64,000 bases of DNA from Phoronis australis (lineage: Eukaryota > Animalia > Phoronida): NCBI GenBank assembly GCA_002633005.1, contig NMRA01000342.1, forward strand, positions 206,728 through 270,727, in the 5' to 3' direction. Position 1 is the first letter of the stretch; each line of letters begins with the position of its first letter. Shown here one piece after another: positions 12,201 through 31,200 of the stretch. The position numbers and the translations under genes are program-made. The notes below the pieces were generated by a model. That model searched no databases. It saw only the letters and a program-made list of their open reading frames with translations, and had not been told where the DNA came from.

Positions 12201-14191
12201 AAAACACTTGGAACTCTGCTGGTGGTTGTACTGCCTCACAACAGGTAACTTAAAAAGTGCCTGTTGGTTATTCTCAAGCTTAGAAATCATTGTTCAGGTG
12301 AATAAGGAACAAGAGGATACCGATCTGGTAACTGGAAGATGACAGAAGGCACGGGTCTATTGACTCCTTAAAAATGGTGCCCTAGTTCTACTCATCAAGT
12401 GTTTCACACAAGGCACAGGCATCTAATTCCAAATATAGGTGTATAACTTCACATGCAAACACATGGACCTAAACAAGTGCGTAACGATAGGTAGATGTGT
12501 ACCTCTATCGAGTAAAGACAGCATTATGGAAATGCGTCTTACCGAAAATGATTGCTGCAAATTGAAGTGCACCTTGAAACCTTGTAGCCTCGTCTATTCA
12601 ACTTCTTCTGCCACTCGAGATATTCTTCAGGCCGCGGATGATGAAATTTGAACTCCCAAACATGGGGCATAACCACGAATCTGAAATAATAATCTCGAAA
12701 GAATCAACATTTCGCACTTTTTTCGACAAGCCTCTGCCATAATATGTTGTGGATGATAGCTCAGCAACAGAGGCAGGTTCTCTTCTATATCGACACCATG
12801 GCACAGTCAAGGAAACCAGTGTTATTGCTAAACAAGTCACCATCATTGTAGAAAGGCTAATTAACTTATGAAAAAAAAACAAGTTTCAATCTAGACCACT
12901 AAACTATACAAAATTGGTCTTAAATTATCCCTTTGTCAAAAATTGATGTAATTTCAGGGAATGGAAAGTGCTCAGTTATTGCTTGAGACTAAGCTCTACA
13001 AGATGAGATACCATGACGACAGTTCCTTGCACTCACAAACCATTGTTTTGATCAATAACTAAAAGGCTGGTTCTTTGCAAGACCAAAATTCACTTCTCGT
13101 TTCAGTAACAAACAAGCTGAGTTCAATTCTATAGCCCTTAAAATATTACAGTAAAATGACTTTTAACAGAAATGACCGATGCATACTGAGATATTTCTAA
13201 AGTTCTAAGCCAACGTAATGTAAAAAATCTAAATAATCATGACAACACAATTCCTGATACAACAAGACTATGTCTATAGTCACTTTGTTATATTCCCAAA
13301 CTGAAAATACTTTCAAGTTAAAGCTGCATGCACCACTGTCTATGAAAACCATTGTTCTTGTTCGTTCATGTTTTAGGCAGCGACTCTTTAATTCTTTTAG
13401 GCCTCTAATACGCAACACTATGGACCGCAAGATTTAATGCCACAAACGCGATTTATTCTAGGCAGAAGTTTGATACAGACAAGGTCTTGATCTAAATAGC
13501 ACTGCTTGGAATTTATTATAATTAAAACAAAACACTGTCACAGTGCTTTTCCACGAATTTCTACATTTTATCACTTTCACCTTTAAATTCTTGACATTGC
13601 AGCGTTTTTCATTTCCTTTGACATGTGCACTTCACAGTACCAGGCAAAGTGAAACTGGAACTGCAAATGGAATGTACCGTACTAACAATGCTCACTGCTG
13701 GTTGCTCTCTCAACGTTCATACAGCATTCGCTAAGTTCGTCGTCTATGTTCAGCTCAACATCCGAGTTTTCTAACATTCAGTTTCTAATGCTCATGCTCT
13801 GTCACTTCCGTGATAAGCTGCACGTGAAGCTTACATTAATGTTTAACTTCCTGGAGCTTAAACAAACGTGGCAGTCCAGGGTGACATTTCATAGAGGCAA
13901 GAGCCTCACATGAGATATCGCCACGTATTGGGAGCCGAGCACTACCACTAGCCTCAGCTGAGAGACTCTAGTATCTATGAAATGCAGCTCAGGTAACCAT
14001 CCATGCTGAAGTCAAATGTCCACCGCCAGATATTTTACATTTTCAATCAAAAAAGTCCTGGAAGTAAACCGCAACAAATTTAGCAAAATATTGTAGATAT
14101 CATACAAATCACGAGAATATGGTAAAAATTACCTTTTCGGATATCTACGGTCATTTCTACAGTTAGCTACACTGCACGTGTTCGAGACCAT
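8519..14191 (-). CDS. THAP domain-containing protein with C-terminal coiled coil (313 aa; coding exons 14191-14133, 12680-12543, 9263-8519)
   Basis: Spliced frame MVSNTCSVANCRNDRRYPKR/FVVMPHVWEFKFHHPRPEEYLEWQKKLNRRGYKVSRCTSICSNHFR/YGRPLEQSRKPVLYL... contains the C-x4-C...W...C-x2-H-F...P THAP signature. Both introns are GT-AG and phase 2. 59+138+745=942 nt. Heptad region LHSLETKVRQLTEEMTGLKKDKQTLLLKNEYLMKQLADAKNRIRTLE. Confidence 0.88.
10392..12466. repeat. Near-identical direct duplication (10392-11301 / 11303-12466) across an N; probable uncollapsed haplotypes
   Basis: Copies are separated by a single n at 11302 and differ by scattered SNPs. A 254-bp indel (11664-11917) is present only in copy 2. 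Confidence 0.85.
12543..12680 (-). CDS. THAP gene coding exon 2 (THAP core, W and CxxHF)
   Basis: Acceptor tttcAG (12682-12681), donor GTaag (12542-12541). 138 nt, phase 2 to phase 2. Confidence 0.9.
14133..14191 (-). CDS. THAP gene coding exon 1 (start codon, C-x4-C)
   Basis: Exon 14216-14133 with acceptor ttccAG and donor GTaatt. ATG at 14191 gives MVSNTCSVANCRNDRRYPK(R). Confidence 0.88.
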
Positions 14192-14902
14192 AATTCATCC
14201 GAGGCGAGTAGTCGACCTGGAACAAGGTAATTATGCACAATTCAATGCACACGCGATGTTGTCTTTCCTAAGTTCAGTTGAGCAATCTCGAGTACAATTA
14301 AGCAAACAGTATGTTTATACAGTAGAAAACCATAGGTAGATTTTCTTGGTTGGTCCAGCCAGGAATCAAACCGGAGATGTGTACCCAAAACCAGTCAGGC
14401 ATCATTGTACTCTGCCACAATCCACTGCAACCCACTTCCACTCTCCTTATTCCGAGGGACTCATGGAGTAAACCTGTAGATTTGCACTTTACTAAATATG
14501 GTGCAATTGGTTAACAAACCTCCAGTCTAAATCTAAGTTTCCTGGAGATTATACACCGGGCATAGTTGAGCGTCCTGATTTTGGCCCTCAGCGACACTTT
14601 CCATCTTGTCCTCAAAAATGGTCTCAGTGACCCTATCTTTCTGTTCTAGACCATTCCTCAAGTTGGTGCCCTCTCTGCATGATGCAGTCCCCCATTCAAT
14701 TTTACTCCACTCTTTTTGGTATTAAGATCAGTCTGATAAACAGTGGTGTACACAAATCAAGTCACCCATTGTTTTACTCAGGCAGGTTACACAATAGATG
14801 TTGGGGCACGATATCAACAAAGAAACAGTATTTGCAATGAATATTATTTCTTTTTTTCTTTAGATAGTTAATCATTTTTTGCAATGAAAGTTTTCAATCT
14901 GC

Positions 14903-15571
14903 AGCCAGGAGGCATTACCTGTTCCGTGGAAGGGAGGGGTTGAAAAGTGTTGTGATACGAGGTTTTCGGGTGTGACGTAGAAAATTTCAGTGCCTCCAAT
15001 GAGACTTGAACCCAGGTTGCACGAGCAACGGTCAAAAAACCAAAACCATTTGGCTTAGAGAGGCTGACTGTACTGGTACGTGTCGTCACAACCGGAAGTC
15101 ACAACACTACTCCTTCCTTCCGCGGAACAGCTAGGCACGCTGCCTGGCTTTAGATCTCAGCAACAACCTAGAATCCTGGAATTTGCCGTCAGTGACGCTC
15201 TCTTTGTGCTCTGAATCCACCACTACCAGGTCGCCCCCTCTCCATCCACTGCTTTACATCTAACGGTTAATCCTGGATTATTCCTTAGTTGGGTGCCAAT
15301 GTAGAAAATTTCAGTGTCTCTGGTGAGACTTGAACCCAGGTTGCACAAGCGATCAAGCATCTAAACCATTCGGCCAAGAGGCAATTGCCACTTGGTAAGC
15401 GGCTTAGAGAGGCTTTATCTGATTGTACATGTCGTCAACAACGTACAGCCTGACAAAGCCTCTCTACATCACATTCTAAGCCGCAATTACCTCTTGGGAG
15501 AATAGTTTGGATGCTTGGCTCTCACTCGTGCAATCTGGGTTCAAGCCTTGGTGTCAGCCAAATTTTCTACA
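14903..15571. mobile_element. Cluster of three tRNA-like (B-box) repeat copies: one inside an inverted-repeat element, two arranged as an inverted pair
   Basis: Copies at about 14971-15090 and 15301-15437 (GAGACTTGAACCCAGGTTGCAC) and an inverted copy at about 15445-15571 (GTGCAATCTGGGTTCAAGCC). Outer arms 14903-14955 and 15099-15149 are reverse complements. Confidence 0.65.
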
Positions 15572-15690
15572 AAGCAAGAAAATCTAATCTTCTGGCTGCC
15601 ATGCATTCACACAAGTCACAACGGTGACAGAATGTGTGCCAAAAAGTGACACATTCTGAGGACTGTAGTGATTCTTCAAAGGTGTCTTAC

Positions 15691-16559
15691 CTTACATCTT
15701 AGTTGTCCGTGGTCGAGCTCAATAGTTCTGCTTTGGTGTGTGGTCTGGGTATCGAATGCCACTCTGCATCCAAACATGTGTATCGGCCGCAGGGCCGCTT
15801 AATTAATATTCATGATGCGCCCTCATTGGCCATTACCGGCATATGGGCCGGACAGCCAACGTCGGCAGTCTCCAAGACGAACAGCAGTCGTCTCTCGATG
15901 CCGACAGAGGGCGCGCGCGGCAGAAGGCCAGCGCAGCAGTGAGACAGGTCAAGTGACGTCTCACTACAGGACGTAGCGGGACAAAGTTTCAAAAACGAGA
16001 CTCCTAGAACAGTTGTCAACCACTTGAACCCCACTACACTGACAGTGACTGACTTACTTGTTGTTTCGTTGTTTTGTTTACAAATTATTTCGACCCCAAC
16101 ATCGCCCACTTCTTGATATCACAAGTGGTTTTATGATTTTGCGTTCGGACTGCAAACAAAAACTAACTTGTTCTTTCCAAAACAATGAAATCGCAGTGAA
16201 AATTGGCGCAAGTACAAATGACAGAACACAACAAAAAAGCCGACTCCACTCTCCAGGCAGGCCTACCTCTCGAATCCCTGTTGACTGTTTTGATCCTAGC
16301 GAATGATATAAATCCCACAAATCCTTGCGGCGGTTTCCGGCAAAAATCAAATACGAAAACATTCTACATTCTTTTTATACGACAGGTAATCTGTGGTTTA
16401 GTTGCTTCGGTGTGATAATATATTTTGTGAAAATTGTCGTAGGACTACTGAAAATAAGGCAAACAAATAAATAGAACAAAACAACAAATAATAAACAGTT
16501 GAAATTTCGATACGAAACTAAAGTGACGTACTTCTCACTATCTCAGTTTAAAATTCAAG

Positions 16560-16562
<3 letters not shown>
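15691..16562. promoter_or_regulatory. Probable bidirectional promoter region between the THAP gene (-) and PSMA4 (+)
   Basis: Locally CpG-rich. ATTGG (CCAAT) at 15825-15829, GCGCGCGC near 15912, TGACGTC near 15954 and TGACGTA near 16524. Minus-strand donor aag|GTaaga at 15690; plus-strand ATG exon at 16560. Confidence 0.55.
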
Positions 16563-24413
<7,851 letters not shown>

Positions 24414-25773
24414 TTTCTCATTGGTCATTTTGATCATGTGATTGTTTTATTGACAGTAACTTGCATTGCTCATTGGTGCATGATCTCCATTCGTTGGTTT
24501 TGTCATCATTCTTAGGGAGCAAAAGCCATTGAGAACAGAGTTCTTCGTGAGTGGAGATAATTTTTGAAGTTGCTCGAAGGATCACTATGTTCGATCTTTG
24601 TAAGACACAGGAAGATTGCACTTGGGATGTAGTGTTATGGAGCTCTCTTTGGTTCAGTGTTTGCTTGTGGCAGGTTACAATTGAATTTGTTTTGTAAATG
24701 TTTGTACACAGCGCAGAATACAATATGGTAGTAACCTTTCATTGTTTCCTCGTGTAGATCTGTGATATCAAACTTTGAACTGCTTAAAACTTAACACGTA
24801 AGTGAATCTTCACTTTCAACAAGGTGCAAAAAGGTATGAAATGCTCCCCAGTGGATGGCACAGGTGTTCTGAGTAACAGCTTTCCCATGAACCACAATTT
24901 CTACGAAGATACCCATTAATGAACTGCTGCTGTCCTTTCCTTTTTCTCATCTCTGGGAAAAAGTGTGAGTGAGCAGAACTGTGTTTCAAAAGAAAAGAAA
25001 TGTGGTATACAAAAAAGGCAGCTAGTGAGAAAAGAATTGTTTTCGTGATGACAATCTCTGTGGAGCCCTGGAGGGAGTAAGATTTGTTAAGATATAGGCG
25101 ATCTTGGTTACCAGGGATCTTTTTTTTTTCAATAGACCCATAAAACAATATACATTTAAAATCATAGAGTCTTGTGTACACAAGAATTATGCCTAGATGT
25201 TCGTAATTGTTTGGAAAATACAACAACCTCTGTGAAATCTCATGTTTTAAAAAACAACCATGTGATTACAAATATATGGCCATTGCTTTCACGCACACAA
25301 GATTTTGTGATCATAAAGGATTTTTATGCATCCACATATTTTTATGTGGTCGCATATTGCCGTCATCTGTCTGTGGCTGGGCGTCTGGAGTTTTATCTTC
25401 TAAACCCCTGACAGGATCTTGATGAGATTTGTCAGATGTGTTCCTATGAAGCTGATGGAGGACGACAAATTTCGGATCTCTGACTATCCGTGTGCCCCCT
25501 AGTGGCAATTTTAGTTTTTTTACAATCCTCAACAGATTTTTATAAAATTTGGCATTTAGGCATCTATTAGTGAGATGATGCCACCCTCCCGTTTTCGGAT
25601 GGATTCGAAGTACTTTGCGCCATCTAGTGGCCATTTTTATGTTCCAAATATACACCCTGAGAAGCACACCGTTTACAGTGCATTTGTGGGCGCATTTCAA
25701 CGCTCCGTGTTGCTCTTGTTAAAGTATTTAGTTTTATGGGCCTACTATTAATATTTAAAAGCTTAATATTTAA

Positions 25774-26156
25774 AGCTGCATTTCATCCTGTTTGGCTGGC
25801 TAAAAATGAAAATCAAATTGTGCCTATTACTCTCCTAAAATTGATCTGTTGGTGTTTGTTACCATGATAAGATCCTATTTCCATCACCAACAAGAACATC
25901 GAAATCGTTGGCGAGTCAAGAAAATGCTTTAGTTTTTTGGGGTTTCGAAAACCGAATTGTGCCTTTTACTCTCCTAAAATTAATCTGTTGCCAACACGAA
26001 AACTGCAAATTCGAAAATGTGGCATGTATGCATTTCCTGCAACAAAATTTGGAAATGGAATCGTAGCATGGTAAGGGATATAATGAGACTGATTTGATAA
26101 GAGTAAAGGTATATTTAATTTTTTGTTTTTAGCCAGGTACACGGCAAAGTGCAACT
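25774..26156. mobile_element. TTAA-flanked MITE (Kolobok-type); related copy at about 50336-50686
   Basis: Left ttaa|AGCTGCATTTCATCC...CTGGCTAAAAA; reverse complement of right end ttaa|AGTTGCACTTTGCC...CTGGCTAAAAA. TTAA on both sides. Confidence 0.65.
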
Positions 26157-28135
26157 TTAAGAAATCCAATCGTTGGTGTCACAGGTTACCCGTACCTTTA
26201 ACTCTGTACAACTTGTTGAGGCAGACAACAAAATCGCACAACTTATATGTCTGAATGCATTGTTAAGTGCTTTGACTTGGTATCTCTCTCTTCAAACACG
26301 TAACACAAAATTAATAAAACCATGTGGCTTTTAATGAAGCATACATGAAGAGTACATAATTATAAACTAAACAAAATGCATTGAACACTTGGTTGTCAGA
26401 TGTCGCAAAACCTTTACAAGAAAATTTCGAATGTTGAAGTAGAGAAAGAAAAACATATATTCTGTAAATATTCACTAAGGCTATAACTACTCCTAACGTA
26501 ATCCAAGCCAGCGTTGTTTTCTTACATGATTAAATAGACCATGAACAGACCATCATGTTTTATAAAAAAAGAGCTAAATGGTTCATAATACTTTGCATAC
26601 AACATTTACAACTTGATAAGAGTCCTAGTTACTCATAAAAGTTACAATCACTAATGCTTTGAGAATAATTCCAACATAAAATGTTCCCAATAACATTCAC
26701 AAAGGTCGCCAAGCAGGAAAGTTTTGAGGTGATGCATATGAGAAAAATTTCGACACTTTCAGAATCATCAGATATGAAAAGCACAGTTTAGATTAGAGAC
26801 CTCTTTTAACACAAGCTGAATACACTAAATGAAGGGAATAATTTGCAGTACATACTGACACCTTCAGCAAAATCTTTTCTGGTCTTGCCCAACAGATGTG
26901 CAACCCCAGAGACAGTCTGGGGAATGTAAGCACATGTAATTTCACTCTTAGTGTTTGACATACTAAGAAAAGTACAATTCAATAAATACATGATTACCCG
27001 GCTTGTTGAAACATGCGGCAAAACGGCATACAACTACTTAGACAATTCCATACTAAGCTCGTAAACACTAAAACCATGGTTACGAACAATTAAAATCACT
27101 AGTCTCTCTCTAAACCGATTTCATACATGCATCACATTCGATGACGTTTCCACTTAACACATACATTTAGAAGACTTTGACAGTATCGACAAACATGGAC
27201 AACGTCAAACAGTGACAAAATTGAGCATAAACGTTTTTCAGACGTGACCTGGAAAGCCCTAAACAGGAAGAATACTTGAACGAATAATTGTCAACCACCT
27301 TAACACTTCAAATTGTGTTCGGTCAGCCCATAGTGTGTTGTACTACACTGGCAGAATATGTGTGAGATGACAAATGCACACTGCTGGCAGCGATGATGCA
27401 CAGCTTTCTCAATAGAGGGCACTGACAGTCCACCTGAAGATTCAGCAGTCTAGAAGAGTTGTGTAGTGATAGAGTTCCCATTAAGACACCAATCTGTTTT
27501 TAATAAAATTTTCAAGATCACAAGATGCGATCAATAAATGGAGCATTGAGTTCTCCATGCCAGAAATTTACAGTCTCCTTTACCTTACTCAAATTACAAT
27601 CCATTTCAAAATCGACCCCTAAGCTTAAGTTACAACTGAAGTACAAAACACAGCAGTTAGATGCATGAAATGAAAACATTTTTTTAAGAATTCCTACAGT
27701 CCAAATCATAACAAGAATAAACCAGGTCAACAGTTATAAATCTTCCTGTTGAAATAATCAATGAACTCTACCTTCACGGTGTCAATATGTGCAACTAGTA
27801 ACAATAACGGTACTGAAGATTACAAAAAGCAAAGGGACCCATACAATAGCGTGAACCAATACCATGTTTGTTTAAAGATGGCGCTGCTTGTGTTTACATT
27901 TCAACATCAAGAGGCCATGCACAAAATGGAAACAGCAAACTACAAATAAGTTCACTATGTCACATTCCATACCTCAGCCTACTACGGAAATGTAACATAA
28001 AAGAAACTCACAAGTGACTTAACTGAGATTGACACATGAAATGCCTTGTGTATGCACTGCCATCTATTGCTGAACATGATCTGCGACATCTATTGAGAGC
28101 TCAGTGTTTCCTTCACACAAAGAACATCGCGCCTC

Positions 28136-28248
28136 CTAGTGGCCGTTGCATGACCTACAGCACATGCTGCCGTAGTAATTAATTTTACATAGTCGTGCTT
28201 GAACAACAACCTTGCATGTGTTTGATGTGTCATTACAATCAGGATCAA
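28136..28248 (-). CDS. THSD4: THSD4-like terminal exon (PLAC domain)
   Basis: (V)DPDCNDTSNTCKVVVQARLCKINYYGSMCCRSCNGH*; ttacAG acceptor, phase 1. Confidence 0.92.
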
Positions 28249-31200
28249 CTGTAAACAGAAAAAGACATTTTAATTAGAAGGTGAACATTAGTTGCGTCCA
28301 CACTTTGAGTTATTCTAACACAGCTTGCCTTTGAGCAACTTGCTCCTGTTCAGCCAAGTGTCCACACAACACACCTACACCATGCGACAAATATGGAGTG
28401 ACTGCGAGCTGTGGTCGTGGGGGTGGAATTGGAGGTGACCGGAGGAGCGGGGAAGATTTTTGCCTCTGAAAAATAATTCTGCTACTAGAAGCCACAGGCA
28501 TGTTTCCCTCACTAAGAACGACACCTGCAACTTGACCAAACTAAAAGAATTTTACAGATTTACAAGATTTCTTCAATATAGCTGCGATTATGTGACCTGC
28601 ACTACCATTTGGCTACATTCAGTCAAACCTTTACTTTGAAACCTGTGGCACCAAGACATAGCCATAACATAATGAACAGTGACAAGAGCTTAGTAAGGAA
28701 ACACACTTCAAACAGTCTACAAGTAAGTGGGACAGTCCGCGCACCATGTAAATGAGGAGACATCATCAGTCCACAGTAGCTACCGCCACACGTTTGTGAA
28801 AATCGCTAACTGAAGACAGTTTTGTTAACTACCCACCAGGTGGCACCGTTGGGCACGGCGTTGCTGAACAGGTCTGCTTAATGGATGGTTTAGTCCTCTG
28901 ATTGCACCCATCGCTGGGACTCTGTCTCTTATCCAGGCACTTGAGTTCACGTGTGCGATAGCCCTCACCGCACGTGACAGAGCACTGGAATAAAGAAGAT
29001 AAAATGGGTTGCTCTATAATATCGAACTGGTCAATATTTCTAGGTATACATCTTGGAGATAAGCATCAATAATTAGGTGACGAATCTAACATTTCTAGAT
29101 GTTGCTCTATGTTAACATATCTTGTGAATACTTTTACTTTTTATCATTGGTCACGGCTTCTGCATCTTTTTAGCGCTAATGATGTTGTGATCGAGAAAGT
29201 CAAATGCCTTTAACAGGTGGCTAAAACTGACAAAAACGTCAATTCTTCGTACATAAATAACATCTCTGCCAAAATCTTTGTGTCATATTTCATTGAAATT
29301 TGTCAAGCCATTCTGACAACAAGAAACTGTTCAAGGACAATGCTGAAGGAAAAGATAATGGAAAAAAACAGTGTGCTAGGGAAGTTATCTCCCCCTGAAA
29401 TTTGTGAGGTGGCAGCACATACGTAACGCAAACCTCCGGCTAAAGTTTCTTCAACATTCGCACAAGTTGAATCCCGAAAAAAACCTACCGGTGCTGACAC
29501 ATCCATACGCCAAGATTGATTATACTCCACCATGCTGATTTGAGATAACCAACGGAAAAGCTAAGGTATCCATGGACGGACAGCGACCAACGATCAGCAC
29601 ACTGACCCTATGTGACCACGAAAATGAGTTTTGTGGACGTGTAAAATTAAAAAGTATGAAAGTGTGCAAGTACAACTTCTCTTCATATCGACCTACATCA
29701 GCCAATCACAACTCACCTGACTCCAGTGTGACATATACCACTCACTGTCACAGTCCGTCTGCTCGCAGCGCTGTTTCACCACAGGTTTGGTGTCAGCCTG
29801 ACAGCTGTTCTCGCGAACCATGGAGTACCATCTGCCGTGCTTCTTCATGCAGACGACCGAGCGTATCTGGTAACCATGGGTACACGTGCCCTTGCACTGA
29901 TCAAGAGAGAGGAAAATAATGTAGGGAAATTGGTGGACGTCGTAAAGTTAACTGAGTTAGATGACCGTCATAGCTACAAAACGTGTATCAAGTTGATTCT
30001 TATTCAGACTGCTAGCTATGCAGGAATTCAAAAATAATTTTTAAAGTTCAAGACTGAAGTTGGGCTTTACATGATATTACTACATGATCACTGATAAATT
30101 CTGTCCTATGATTGACTAAAACACAGTACGTTGACTTTTGCTATGAGGTGATGCTGCCACAATCATTTATGTCACTTTATATTCAAGCCACAAGAGGTCA
30201 CTATTTGTGAACTAACGAATCAAGACACTGTAAGGCTCATAAAGCCTTGACCATGCAGTCAAAGTCAATAGACAATGTCAGAGTCAATCTAACAAAAGAC
30301 AAAGAATTCAGAAGGTAGGAACATCAACAGCCATATAACAATACAAATATCAGGACAAAATAGACCTCGAGACAGCAATGGTGTCAAGCGACAACATACA
30401 GTGCTGATAGAGACGCACAGAATTAGTGTCAACATGCTAACTTCTAACAAATAGCAAGTACACATCAACAATCCTTTGGAAGTCTAACTACATCTTTGGA
30501 GAAGATCATCAAAACTGAGGGCTTCGCGGTTTTACGTCTACCAATCCTCCTCGCACCCTTGTTCTTTGTGGCACAAGCTGCGTGCACCGGAACTTCAAAT
30601 GGAACAACGAATCTTACTAATTCCCACTAGTTCACTGCTCACCTCACTCCACTCGCCAGCAAACCATTGACCACCGCAATTTTTCTTTGAGCTGCAAGGC
30701 TTCTCTTCATGAGGTCTCTTGCTGGAGTCACACGCCGAGGGCCGGCCAGGTGACCCCTGGCAGTAGACTTTACGTGTCAGCGTGCCCTCCCCGCAGTCCG
30801 CTGAACACTATACAGAACAGTGGGCAATGTTACGCAGTGTGTACTCTGTATACTCTGCTTTCTCACTTTTGAATGATGTTTTACGTACTACTACTAATAA
30901 GCATTTTACAGTCAGTGCTAGACTAGTTTTCAAAAACATCAGCGGGTAATGTTGAAGAACCTGGAGCAAAATGGTAAAAAGTTAACCGCAAATCATAACC
31001 AGTTATCACGTTCACATTTTTTATTAGTAAATCCAAAATTGATCAAAGGAAAATTAATTTTAAAGTCTACTTAAAAACGACAGGGGAACAAGAAGACCCA
31101 CCTGTTCAGACCACCTGGTGTGGAACCATGTCTTTTGACATGCTCCTTCATTGCATGTCTCTCTCCAACGTGGTTTCTCCTGCAGGTGTCGACACGCATT

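Noticed and set aside
14971-15090. Possible tRNA gene
   Set aside because: Only a B-box/T-arm-like segment is present in several diverged copies, and no full cloverleaf could be built.
15810-16109. 99-aa minus-strand ORF in the promoter region
   Set aside because: No motif and no in-frame splice to the THAP exons; expected by chance in GC-rich sequence.
26740-26775. Other CTGATGA/CTGAAGA...GAAA matches (also near 46394, 50262, 58930)
   Set aside because: No pairing stem II or stem I, so they are not hammerheads.
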